NCBI GenBank assembly: GCA_030248215.1
Contig: JASANG010001013.1
Span: 496,001-560,000 of the forward strand
Direction of reading: 5' to 3'
DNA from: Enoplolaimus lenunculus
Taxonomy: Eukaryota
Length of the DNA: 64,000 nucleotides
The notes beneath the pieces were generated by a model. The model did not search any database and had not been told where the DNA came from. It was given only the letters and a program-made list of their open reading frames with translations. This document shows, piece after piece, positions 53,301 to 64,000 of this stretch (within the stretch, counting starts at the first letter, position 1; every line of letters starts with the position of its first letter). The translations under genes were made by a program, and so were the position numbers.

Positions 53301-56300
53301 TTTCCATGCCTCGCAACGGGCAGACTCTGATAATTGACATAAACCGCGAGCAGGATTTCAAAAATACGCCAAAAATCCACAAAACGCCCTCTGGAATAGT
53401 TTGTAACCAAAATAGATACCAAATTTTCTCACTGCGTGCGTACTTGAGTGACATCATTACTTGTCATATACGTCATTTTTTACCATCACTTCAATTTATG
53501 ACGTCATAATATTTGATTTACCTCGTCATACTTTCTGTCAGCGTCCTCACTCAATAATTCTGCATCCTTCAAATTTGCTTCAATTTGTAGTTTCTTTTCT
53601 TCGTCTTGTAAAATGCGATTTTCCATTACTTTTCGCATGCTAAAAAATGTATTCTGTCTCCCAAACATTTGACGTAAAAAATTTTCGCAATAAAACATGG
53701 CAACGGGTCAGCAATCTGAAACTCAAGCTACTTGAGGGAACAAAGACTCCTCAAACTAAGCCACCCCACCCCTGGATCCGATTTTTCTCGCGATTTTGAA
53801 TCGTTCCTCGGGTTTCGAATTTGAAAATATCACCAAAAAATGAGGGGAACCAAACTTTTTCTGACATCACAAGGATTTCCTGGTAAGTTTCACAACACAA
53901 TGTAACGCTTTTTTTGAGTCAATCATAGCTTAAGGAATGATACAGCGAAACTATAGCATCACGATATTAATAAAAGCTTTGGGTATAAAGCGATGGTTAT
54001 GGACAGATAAGCATAAAAGACAGTTGTTGTTGTTGTTTTTTTATTTTAACATATATATGTCTTAAAAATATTTGGTAAGGGCCAATGTATAGAACAGGGG
54101 TGGAACCGTAGTATAAGCATATTCCTACACCTAAGCCTAAGCCTAAGCCTAACCAAAAAATTAGTCTAAAGCGTACGCATACTCCATTTCAGTCACACGG
54201 AATATTGGTTCCGCCTCTGATTTTTACATGGGCTAAAAATTGTCAAATGGTATATATTATGATATTTCGTTTTTAAATTTCAAATTAAGCTTCAACTTTT
54301 CATTATATTGAAAACTAAATACGAAAACCACAGTTCGAAGTTAATGCAACTATTCGTTGAATTAAACGTTGATATGTCTTGTATCAAAAACTTGAGCGAT
54401 AATGCAAGGTTATACTTAGTAACGTACTTTCAAAACTTAAGTATGCTTTAAAGATTCGAACTCAACTTTATTAGGTCCTGCAGTCAATGATGCACTACAA
54501 TTTGGGATAATTGACATTTATGGACTGTAATTAGAGTTTATGGACTCTATCCCGCTAACGGACTCTTATTAGGGATACAGCCTCCTATTGATTGGGACTC
54601 AAAATGGAGACCCCTTTTATTATTTTCCTCTTATTTGGGTCACTACAGTAAACTATTTTAGTATTTTTTACCACACATGTCTCCACACCAGTAAAACTTA
54701 TTTGAAAACATTAAATATTTCGATTAAGCATAAATTGCACTTTAAGTAAAACCCAATTCACACTGGCAAGTTCTTGCAGCGAGCACTCGCAGCTGCAACG
54801 TGCACGAAATACTTGCAGCTGTAAATATTTTCAATGGAACATTCCGATCGACCAAACAAAGTGAACGTGCAAAAAATTCAATCGACTTGCAACTACATTC
54901 ACGTGTGCGAATTAAATTAAATAGCATGAATTCCAGTGAATAATTTGACACTGCAAGAAATTTAAAAGCTGCTTTGTAACCAAACTTGCACACGCTAGTA
55001 GCATGTGCAAATTTTTGCTGCAAAAACTTGCACGGTTGAATAGGGCTTAAACCTTTATTATATATCGGGTTCTGCATCGTTTAAACCTGTCTTTTAAAAT
55101 CAAATAGGTATATTGGATACTTGTTAGCAATATTGTTTGCGTTTAGGCATAGGCTCAGGAAAAGGCCTAATTTTGCCTAGCAACCTGAAGCTTTCACTAA
55201 GCGTAAAGCGAAGACCTAATCGTAAGCCTAACCTTTAACTTTGCTTGTGTGGAAATGTATGTCAGATCTATACTTTTCAATTTTATGAGTTAGTAAATAA
55301 ACGCGGATACAAACCAGTATACCGCGTTTATATAAGCACGAAACTACGTACAGGGACCCATTTACTTTTTATTCAGCTATTTTGCATATATTCTCAAATG
55401 TGTGTAGCACCTATTACCAGCATAATTGATGTTTTACATTTTAAACCAGCCAAAGAAGACCTTTGGAAGTTTGGCCAATGTAAGAACACGAGCGGAACAG
55501 TATTTTATAAGCATATTCCTAAGCCTAAGCTTAAGTCTAAACGTAAAAATAAGAATGAGCATATTGCTAAGCCTAAGCCTAAGACAAGCAAAAAAATTAG
55601 TCTAAAGCTTAAGCTTACTGTATTCTAGTCCCACAAAAAACCTCTCCGCCCCTGATCTGTACACGGGCCGGAAGTTGGACCGTTTTTCTCATTCGAACTA
55701 TCCTAGGTTTCAACCGAATTCGCGATTCTGAACTCTCTGATTTGGCTTGTTTGATTAAAAATATTGACCTTTGTCACCATTCTAAGTAGACGCCATTGCT
55801 ATTAATACTGCTTGCTAAAAACTATTAAGCGAAAATTAGCAATATCTGCTACAGTAGCAGCCTACAATGCGTAAGGAAAACTGTGAGAAATGTTGCAAAT
55901 TTGAATGTTTGTCAAAATTCTTGCACATTAATAGCGCTGACATGCAGGTGGTCAAATATGAACACCTCGTCATATTTTCGATCAGACATTTCTGCGTTGC
56001 TTTCGTGTTCCATCAATTGCATTTCCAAACCCATCATTCGTTCTTGATCCTGTGTTGCGCGATTCACGGCGACTTTAACATTGCTAAAAGGTCTCACGAG
56101 TTAACAGATTAAATCAGCGGCTAGTGGCAAATCTACCGTGGACCCTAAAAGGCCTCGGTCACATATCATGGCGTTCATACGGAAATTTTGTATTAAAATT
56201 CAAGTCTTCAATTACATTTTTAATTATTTTTGAGTTACAGTAAATATTAACTCACTCTGAGTTGATTTATTGTCGCGTGAGTTGATTAATTAAATCAGAA

Positions 56301-59300
56301 TCAGTTTTAACAACTCACAATTCTGAGTTCGGACAGATCTAATTCAGAGTTCAGACTTCTGAGTGAATTCACCTCAGTCTGAGTTATACTGAAGCCGCTC
56401 GAAATTACAATGTATACCACGGTGATATAAACTTTGTGGTTGCAACACTGCCAGGTGCTTATCTGGGTCACAGTTTAAGCACAAACGGTTTCCTCTTAAC
56501 TAAAATATATTTATAATTGAAATAAATTCAGTCTAATCCATTGCCAAATCCGAGTCCATTCAATGAACTCAAGTTTACTAGCAGAGCAAGAATCAATTCT
56601 AACTTTTTTCATGTGCTCACTCAGTTCACGAGGGGCGAATGGTATACGGCGCCCTCGCCAAACCCCCCTGTGGCGACAACTGTTGCTATTCACAGATGGC
56701 ATAATAACCTTTGGTCTGACCGCCGTATTGTTCGATGAAAGCTAACAGTCCAGAGATTGTAGCCGGGCGGTCGAGTTTTTAAACAAATTTCCAAAAAAAT
56801 TTAAATGTTAATTTTAGGGACATAACGGTAGATTAAGCGTATTTATATTACACTAAGCATAAGCCAAAGCGTTGTAAAAATGTGTACCTAAGCCTAAGCA
56901 GAAAACGACATCTAGAATCTAAATCTACTCTTTTATAGACCCACCAGAAACCTGGACGCCCCTTAAAGTAACATTGGCCAAAATACTTGTGGCACAATTT
57001 TAAAATTTATTAGCCAACTTAAAAATTTAAATAAATGTGTAGGTAGAAGTAAATTTGCAACTTTGGCATTATGATGGGCGTGAAATTAGTTTCCCCGTGA
57101 CCTGAACTGCTTATAAAGGCGGCATCTCAGCCGTCCTAAAATATTTTCGCTAATTTTAATATTTAGGTATATATAAACATTTGTTACCCGCATCAAAGGA
57201 TGCCGCCTGGGCGATATAAGACACATTGCCTCCTACTTAGAACAGATTTAAAGATTGTCAGCCCGAGGGCTGATAAGTTTAACATCGGCCTAGGGCGGAT
57301 GTTAAACTTATAAGCCATCGGGCTGATATTCAGCTTACGGAAAATAAACACAATATCGCTCAAAATGCACGGCAATAACAGTCATATTGCCTGCGGGCAT
57401 TATATGCAATGTTTTAACAACCTCGGCCTACAGGTTTGTGCCCTAGGGCTGTTAAAATGCATTAGTTAAAGAGCCTTGGGCAGTTCCATGCTCTCGGCCT
57501 TCGGCCTCGAGCAGTTGGAACACAACTCGGTGTCTTTAACTAATGCTATTTAACTGCCCTAGGGCCCTCAGTTGTGTACAAAGGTTGCATAAAACTCCCT
57601 AATACATTCGTTGCTTATTCGCTATGAATCATGATTCCTGTGCCCTTACGATCTGAATATTTCTTACAGTTTCACTCGGACATAACTCTACCCCGGGGTA
57701 CAAGCTCGTATCCAGCTCATCTTGCTAGGGAGGGTTAACCCAGTTTTTTCAGGGCCAACCCATCCCCGGCACTCTCTGTCTACGACCCTGCGGTATGTTA
57801 ATAAAGAAACTTGCAAACTTTACGGCATTTATATGGGTGCCCATAAACGGTAAGCTAAAAAATTCGTACGATTGCGAATGATGTATATTATAGACTAAGT
57901 TGTATTCGTACACTGCAAAAAATGGTGAGTCAAATTGACTCTCTCCGAAACAGGCTTTTCCGGACTACACAAACTGAGTCAAATTCGATTCCACCAGAGC
58001 CAAACGTACGACTCAATGAGCCGAATTTGACTTTGGCGGAGTCGAATTTGACTTAATTTTTGTAGTCTAGAAAAGCCTATTTCGGAGAGAGTCAATTAGA
58101 ATAACCATTTTTTGCATTGTAGAGCAAACAAAATCTATGAAATATGTTTTATTAAAATCTAAAGCAAAATGTTTTGTCTGCCGTTTCGTTGCGGAATATT
58201 TAAACAATTCAACGTTTTATATGGTCATTCTGAGTATTTAAATTACATACTTGACCAGTCTACGCCATTGTTGTCTTCTTGTTTCTTTTATGGGCTCTAA
58301 TTAGGGTTTACAAAGCATTAAATGAACTGTACTCAGGATACAGAATTCCTTTGATTGGAAACTCATAATAGAGACATCACTTATTCGGGTTACTATAGCA
58401 TATGAGGTGAAATGCAATCTAAGGTTGTGTTTGTTGTTGAACAATAAATCGTATCAAATATTATAAGACATTCTGTTTTCTTGTTATAGCAAAACTTGTT
58501 GCAAACTTGGGCCCATGTAAAGATCAGGGGCGGAACGTTTTTCTCGTGGACCTTGAACGGAGTAAGCTTAAGCTTTAGACTAATTTTTTTTTTGCTTAGG
58601 CTTAGGCTTAGGCATATGATTATAATACTGTTCCGCGAAAGTTCTTTACATTGGTCCAAACTTGTATTTTTATTTTCAATATAATTTTCTATTATTTCGG
58701 TTTTGCTTAATAAAGCTAAAACACACATTAACAAAAAATGTGTTAATTTTGAAATCAAATAAGCTTCGTAAATGTCTATAATTTTTTGGCGTTGTTATAC
58801 TCAAAAAACCTGAAATCCCGAATTCTGAAAACGCACAATCACAGCGCCCTGCAGGCTGCGTAATTATGCTCTGGCAAAATTTCCCTTCGATTTGTTACTT
58901 TCTTACCAAGTTTCCCTTGGACTGAGGCCGTAGCCAGGGTACACGAGCCTCTGGTCTCAACCTGCGAAAAGAGCCCCTATCCGAGGCACCAACCAGGGTC
59001 GCAGCAACAATTCCAAAAACGACGGGGTACATGCGTGGAGGTACAACAGCATAATGGTGGATGGAAACTCGCGAACGAAGCGACCGAGAAGCCGAATATA
59101 CGTAAATAACTGAATGCTTAATTCCAATTGGTCCGAAATCGGCAAATTTTTTTTGAAAAAACGCATGGAGTATCCGTGTTGTCGAGGGAGGGCACCCAGG
59201 CGCCCGTCCCCTAGGGTGCTAAAGGATCGATAGGCACTGGCTGAGTACTGAACACCGAGTACACTGCAAATCAACTCAAACTCATGTTGCCGTTTTTGCA

Positions 59301-59984
59301 GGGAAAGCTTTGATGTTATAAGCGATAGCGTTGTTACACTTCAAACGCAAGTTCTTTCAAACGAACAAAAAGCCGAGAAATGGGGCACACTTCTGATTGG
59401 CGGATTCAGAAACTTTTCAAACAGGTGCCGTTCGAAATATAATAGTGAATAAAAACTCGCGAGCGCAGTGAGCAAGACGCCAAACGCTATTTTACACTGC
59501 AAAAAATGGTGAGTCAAATTGACTCTCTCCGAACCAGGCTCTACGGGACTACACAAACTGAGTCAAATTCGACTCCGCCAGAGTCAAACGTGCGACTCAG
59601 TGAATTGAATTTGACTCTGACGGAGTCGAATTTTGACACAGTTTGCGTAGTCCTATAGAGCCTATTTCAGAGGGAGTCAATTTGACTTACCGTTTACCGC
59701 AGTGTACTGCTAAATCTTAGGGGGCGTATGCCTGAGAGTGACCGACTTGAATCCGCCACTGCTGGACACTGCTGTATCGATGCGAGTGTTAAGCACCTAA
59801 CGAGGCGGGGGGGAGGTTGGCCTTGAAAATAATTTCAAAATGGTTTCAGATATCGGGGGGTCAAACCTCGTCATATTTCCGATCTGACATTTCGGCCATA
59901 CTTTCTTCTTCTTTCAACTGAACCTCAAGTGTCATCATTCGTTCTTGGTCGTTCATTGATCGATTCATTGCAACTTTCATATTT
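50374..59984 (-). CDS. lev-11: Tropomyosin, 3' portion. Exons [59984-59867 or 56083-55966 or 53639-53522], 52350-52280, 52069-51931, 51572-51503, 50456-50374; 5' exons not in window
   Basis: Translation ...[56 protein letters not shown]...[14 protein letters not shown]...[34 protein letters not shown]. Exon sizes 118/71/139(76+63)/70 match canonical tropomyosin exon sizes. Strict orthology to lev-11 versus a paralogue is not established. Confidence 0.93.
53522..53639 (-). CDS. Tropomyosin 118-nt exon, copy a ([39 protein letters not shown])
   Basis: ttttag acceptor, gtaaat donor; closest to the canonical nematode sequence. Confidence 0.92.
55966..56083 (-). CDS. Tropomyosin 118-nt exon, copy b ([39 protein letters not shown])
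   Basis: ttttag acceptor, gtgttc donor, same length and phase as copy a. Confidence 0.8.
57195..57590. repeat. Hairpin-rich element (GCCCGAGGGC, GGCCTTCGGCC, GCCCTAGGGC) at the inner end of the inverted-repeat arm; mirror at ~60135-60525
   Basis: Multiple short palindromes and a TAAGTTTAACATC..GATGTTAAACTTA stem. Confidence 0.6.
58510..58656. mobile_element. TTAGGC MITE family A
   Basis: Perfect TSD caaacttg. Further copies or fragments at ~12470-12583, 21218-21403, 26880-27057, 27870-28064, 36727-37030, 42905-43064, 46337-46580, 47105-47280, 49522-49716, 50660-50848, 54080-54234, 55472-55669, 62034-62216 and 63453-63607. Confidence 0.88.
59867..59984 (-). CDS. Tropomyosin 118-nt exon, copy c ([39 protein letters not shown])
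   Basis: tgttag acceptor, gtttga donor, 118 nt, open frame. Not in the ORF track; lies in the spacer of the inverted repeat. Confidence 0.8.
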
Positions 59985-60118
59985 CTAACAAAATATCACA
60001 AACATACGGCCATCGGCGATAATTTTGCCCAAAAACATTACAACCTTAGCTGATTGGACTAAAGAATATTGGCTATGTATTCATAAAATATCTAATAACT
60101 TTATGGTGCAGCGAAATT

Positions 60119-63100
60119 AATGTATTAGGGAGTTTTATGCAACGTTTGTACACAACTGAGGGCTAGGGCAGTTAAATAGATTAGTTAAAGACAGAGTTGT
60201 GTTCCAACTGCTCGAGGCCGAAGGCGGAGAGATGGAGCCAAGGCTCTTTAACTATTGCATTTAACAGCCCTAGGGCACAAACCTGTGGGCCGAGGTTGTT
60301 AAAACATTGCATATAATGCCCGCAAGCAATATGACTGTTATTGCCGTGCATTTTGAGCGATATTATGTTTATTTCCCGTAAGCTGAATATCAGCCCGATG
60401 GCCGATAAGTTTAACATCCGCCCTAGGCCGATGTTAAACTTATCAGCCCTCGGGCTGACAATCTTTAAATCTGTTCTAAGTAGGAGGCAATGTGTCTTAT
60501 GTCGCCCAGGCGGCATTCTTTGATGCGGGCAACAAATGTTTATCTATCTAAATATTAAAATTGGCGAAAATATTTTAGGACGGCTGAGATGCCGTCTTTA
60601 TAAGCAGTTCAGGTCACGGGGAAACTAATTTCACGCCCATCATAATGCCAAAGTTACTAATTTACTATTACCTAAACATTTATTTAAATTTTTAAGTTGG
60701 CTAATAAATTTTAAAATTGTGCCACAAGTATTTTGGCCAATGTTACTTTAAGTGGCGTCCAGGTTTCTTGTGGGTCTATAAAAGAGTAGATTTAGATTCT
60801 AGATGACACTTTTTGCTTAGGCTTAGGTACACATTTTTGCAACGCTTTGGCTTATGCTTAGTGTAATATAAATACGATTAATCTACCGTTATGTCCCTAA
60901 AATTAACATTTAAATTTTTTTGGAAATTTGTTTAAAAACTCGACCGCCCGGGTACAATCTCTGGACTGTTAGCTTTCATCGAACAATACGGCGGTCAGAC
61001 CAAAGGTTATTATGCCATCTGTGAATAGCAACAGTTGTCGCCACAGGGGGGTTTGGCGAGGGCGCCGTATACCATTCGCCCCTCGTGAACTGAGTGAGCA
61101 CATGAAAAAAGTTAGGATTGATTCTTGCTCTGCTCGTAAACTTGAGTTCATTGAATGGACTCGGATTTGGCAATAGATTAGACTGAAGTTATTTTAATTA
61201 TGAATATATTTTAGTTGAGAGAAAACCGTTTGTGCTTAAACTGTGACCCAGATAAGCACCTGGCAGTGTTGCAACCACAAAGTTTATATCACCGTGGTAT
61301 ACATTGTAATTTCGAGCGGCTTCAGTTTAACTCAGACTGAGGTGAATTCACTCAGAAGTCTGAACTCTGAATTAGATCTGTCCGAACTCAGAATTGTGAG
61401 TTGTTAAAACTGATTCTGATTTAATTAATCAACTCACGCGACAATAAATCAACTCAGAGTGAGTTAATATTTACTGTAACTCAAAAATAATCAAAAATGT
61501 AATTGAAGACTTGAATTTTAATACAAAATTTCCGAACGAACGCCATGATATGTGACCGACACCTTTTAGGAGCCACGTTAGGTTTGCTACTGGCCGCTGA
61601 TTTAATCTGTTAACTCGTGAGACCTTTTAGCAATGTTAAAGTCGCCGTGAATCGCGCAACACAGGATCAAGAACGAATGATGGGTTTGGAAATGCAATTG
61701 ATGGAACACGAAAGCAACGCAGAAATGTCTGATCGAAAATATGACGAGGTGTTCATATTTGACCACCTGCATGTCAGCGCTATTAATGTGCAAGAATTTT
61801 GACAAACATTCAAATTTGCAACATTTCTCACAGTTTTCCTTACGCATTGTAGGCTGCTACTGTAGCAGATATTGCTGATTTTCGCTTAATAGTTTTTAGC
61901 AAGCAGTATTAATAGTACTGGCGTCTAATTGGGTTGGTACAAAGGTCAATATTTTTAATCAAACAAGCCAAATCAGAGAGTTCAGAATCGCGAATTCGGT
62001 TGAAACCTAGGATAGTTCAAATGAGAAAAACGATCAGGGGCGGAGAGGTTTTTTGTGGGACTAGAATACAGTAAGCTTAAGCTTTAGACTAATTTTTTTG
62101 CTTGTCTTAGGCTTAGGCTTAGCAATATGCTCATTCTTATTTTTACGTTTAGACTTAAGCTTAGGCTTAGGAATATGCTTATAAAATACAGTTCCGCTCG
62201 TGTTCTTACATTGGCCCAACTTCCAAAGGCCGTCTTTGGCTCGTTTAAAATGTAAAATATCAATTATACTGGTAATAGGTGCTACACACATTTGAGAATA
62301 TATGCAAAATAGCTGAATAAAAAGTAAATGGGTCCCTGTACGTAATTTCGTGCTTATATAAACGCGATAAACTGGTTTGTATCCGCGTTTATTTACTAAC
62401 TCATAAAATTGAAAGTATAGATCTGATATACCTTTCCACACAAGCAAAGTTAAAGCTTAGGCTTATGATTAGGTCTAGGCTTTACGCTTAGTGAAAGCTT
62501 CAGGTTGCTAGGCAAAATTAGGCCTTTTCCTGAGCCTATGCCTAAACGCAAACAATATTGCTAACAAGTATCCAATATACCTATTTGATTTTAAAAGACA
62601 GGTTTAAACGATGCAGAACCCGATATATAATAAAGGTTTAAGCCCTATTCAACCGTGCAAGTTTTTGCAGCAAAATTTTGCACATGATACTAGCGTGTGC
62701 AAGTTTGGTTACAAAGCAGCTTTGAATTTCTTGCAGTGTCAAATTATTCACTAGAATTCATGCTATTTAATTTAATTCGCAGACGTGAATGTAGTTGCAA
62801 GTCGATTGAATTTTTTGCACCTTCACTTTGATTGGTCGATCGGAATGTTCCATTGAAAATATTTACAGCTGCAAGTATTTCGTGCACGTTGCAGCTGCGA
62901 GTGCTCGCTGCAAGAACTTGCACGTGTGAATTGGGTTTTACTTAAAGTGCAATTTATTTTTAATCGAAATATTTAATGTTTTCAAATAAGTTTTACTGGT
63001 GTGGAGACATGTGTGGTAAAAAATACTAAAATAGTTTACTGTAGTGACCCAAATAAGAGGAAAATAATAAAAGGGGTCTCCATTTTGAGTCCCAATCAAT

Positions 63101-64000
63101 AGGAGGCTGTATCCCTAATAAGAGTCCGTTAGCGGGATAGAGTCAATAAACTCTAATTACAGTCCACAAATGTCAATTATCCCAAATTGTAGTGCATCAT
63201 TGACTGCAGGACCTAATGAAGTTGAGTTCGAATCTTTAAAGCATACTTAAGTTTTGAAAGTACATTACTAAGTATAACCTTGCATTATCGCTCAAGTTTT
63301 TGATACAAGACATATCAACGTTTAATTCAACGAATAGTTGCATTAACTTCGAACTGTGGTTTTCGTATTTAGTTTTCAATATAATGAAAAGTTGAAGCTT
63401 AATTTGAAATTTAAAAACGAAATATCATAATATATACCATTTGACAATTTTTAGCCCATGTAAAAATCAGAGGCGGAACCAATATTCCGTGTGACTGAAA
63501 TGGAGTATGCGTACGCTTTAGACTAATTTTTTGGTTAGGCTTAGGCTTAGGCTTAGGTGTAGGAATATGCTTATACTACGGTTCCACCCCTGTTCTATAC
63601 ATTGGCCCTTACCAAATATTTTTAAGACATATATATGTTAAAATAAAAAAACAACAACAACAACTGTCTTTTATGCTTATCTGTCCATAACCATCGCTTT
63701 ATACCCAAAGCTTTTATTAATATCGTGATGCTATAGTTTCGCTGTATCATTCCTTAAGCTATGATTGACTCAAAAAAAGCGTTACATTGTGTTGTGAAAC
63801 TTACCAGGAAATCCTTGTGATGTCAGAAAAAGTTTGGTTCCCCTCATTTTTTGGTGATATTTTCAAATTCGAAACCCGAGGAACGATTCAAAATCGCGAG
63901 AAAAATCGGATCCAGGGGTGGGGTGGCTTAGTTTGAGGAGTCTTTGTTCCCTCAAGTAGCTTGAGTTTCAGATTGCTGACTCGTTGCCATGTTTTATTGC
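60119..64000. repeat. Right arm of large inverted duplication; continues past window end
   Basis: Colinear reverse complement of 53687-57608. Confidence 0.97.
61631..61748 (+). other. Inverted duplicate of tropomyosin exon copy b (antisense to the minus-strand gene)
   Basis: Reverse complement of 55966-56083 with the same translation and intact splice sites. Confidence 0.85.

Larger units (their letters stand above)
53687..57608. repeat. Left arm of large inverted duplication (pairs with 60119-64000)
   Basis: Position 64000 pairs with 53687 (gcaataaaacatggcaacg) and 60119 with 57608 (agggagtttt/aaaactccct). Mirrored ORFs appear in the track; scattered substitutions and indels. Confidence 0.97.

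Noticed and set aside
61602..62447. Independent plus-strand genes in the right arm
   Set aside because: They are mirror images of left-arm intron and MITE sequence; only the duplicated exon b has coding character.

Overview
AT-rich eukaryotic genomic DNA, very likely from a nematode (abundant TTAGGC hexamers, TTTCAG/TTTTAG splice acceptors, LEV-11-like tropomyosin). I reconstructed four intron-containing loci by hand from splice sites and reading phase. (1,2) A head-to-head pair of 4-exon DEG/ENaC channel paralogues (288-4942 minus; 6536-10360 plus). (3) An M14A metallocarboxypeptidase (20347-35056/39751 plus) with two 206-nt mutually exclusive catalytic exons and two alternative ShK-domain C-termini. 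(4) The 3' part of a tropomyosin gene (minus strand, from 50374) with three 118-nt alternative copies of one exon. These copies are entangled with an inverted duplication (arms at least 3.9 kb, 2.5-kb spacer) that runs off the window end. Introns and intergenic DNA are filled with non-autonomous DNA transposons. The most striking are about 30 GG..CC-ended MITEs with 8-9-bp target duplications (Merlin-like) that carry telomeric TTAGGC arrays, and a TTAA-flanked piggyBac-like MITE carrying a tRNA-Gly-like Pol III module. There are also CACTG-ended, hAT-like and Harbinger-like MITEs and several minisatellites. No transposase, rRNA, intact tRNA or CRISPR array was seen. Exon structures are manual predictions without transcript support, and repeat coordinates are approximate to a few bases.
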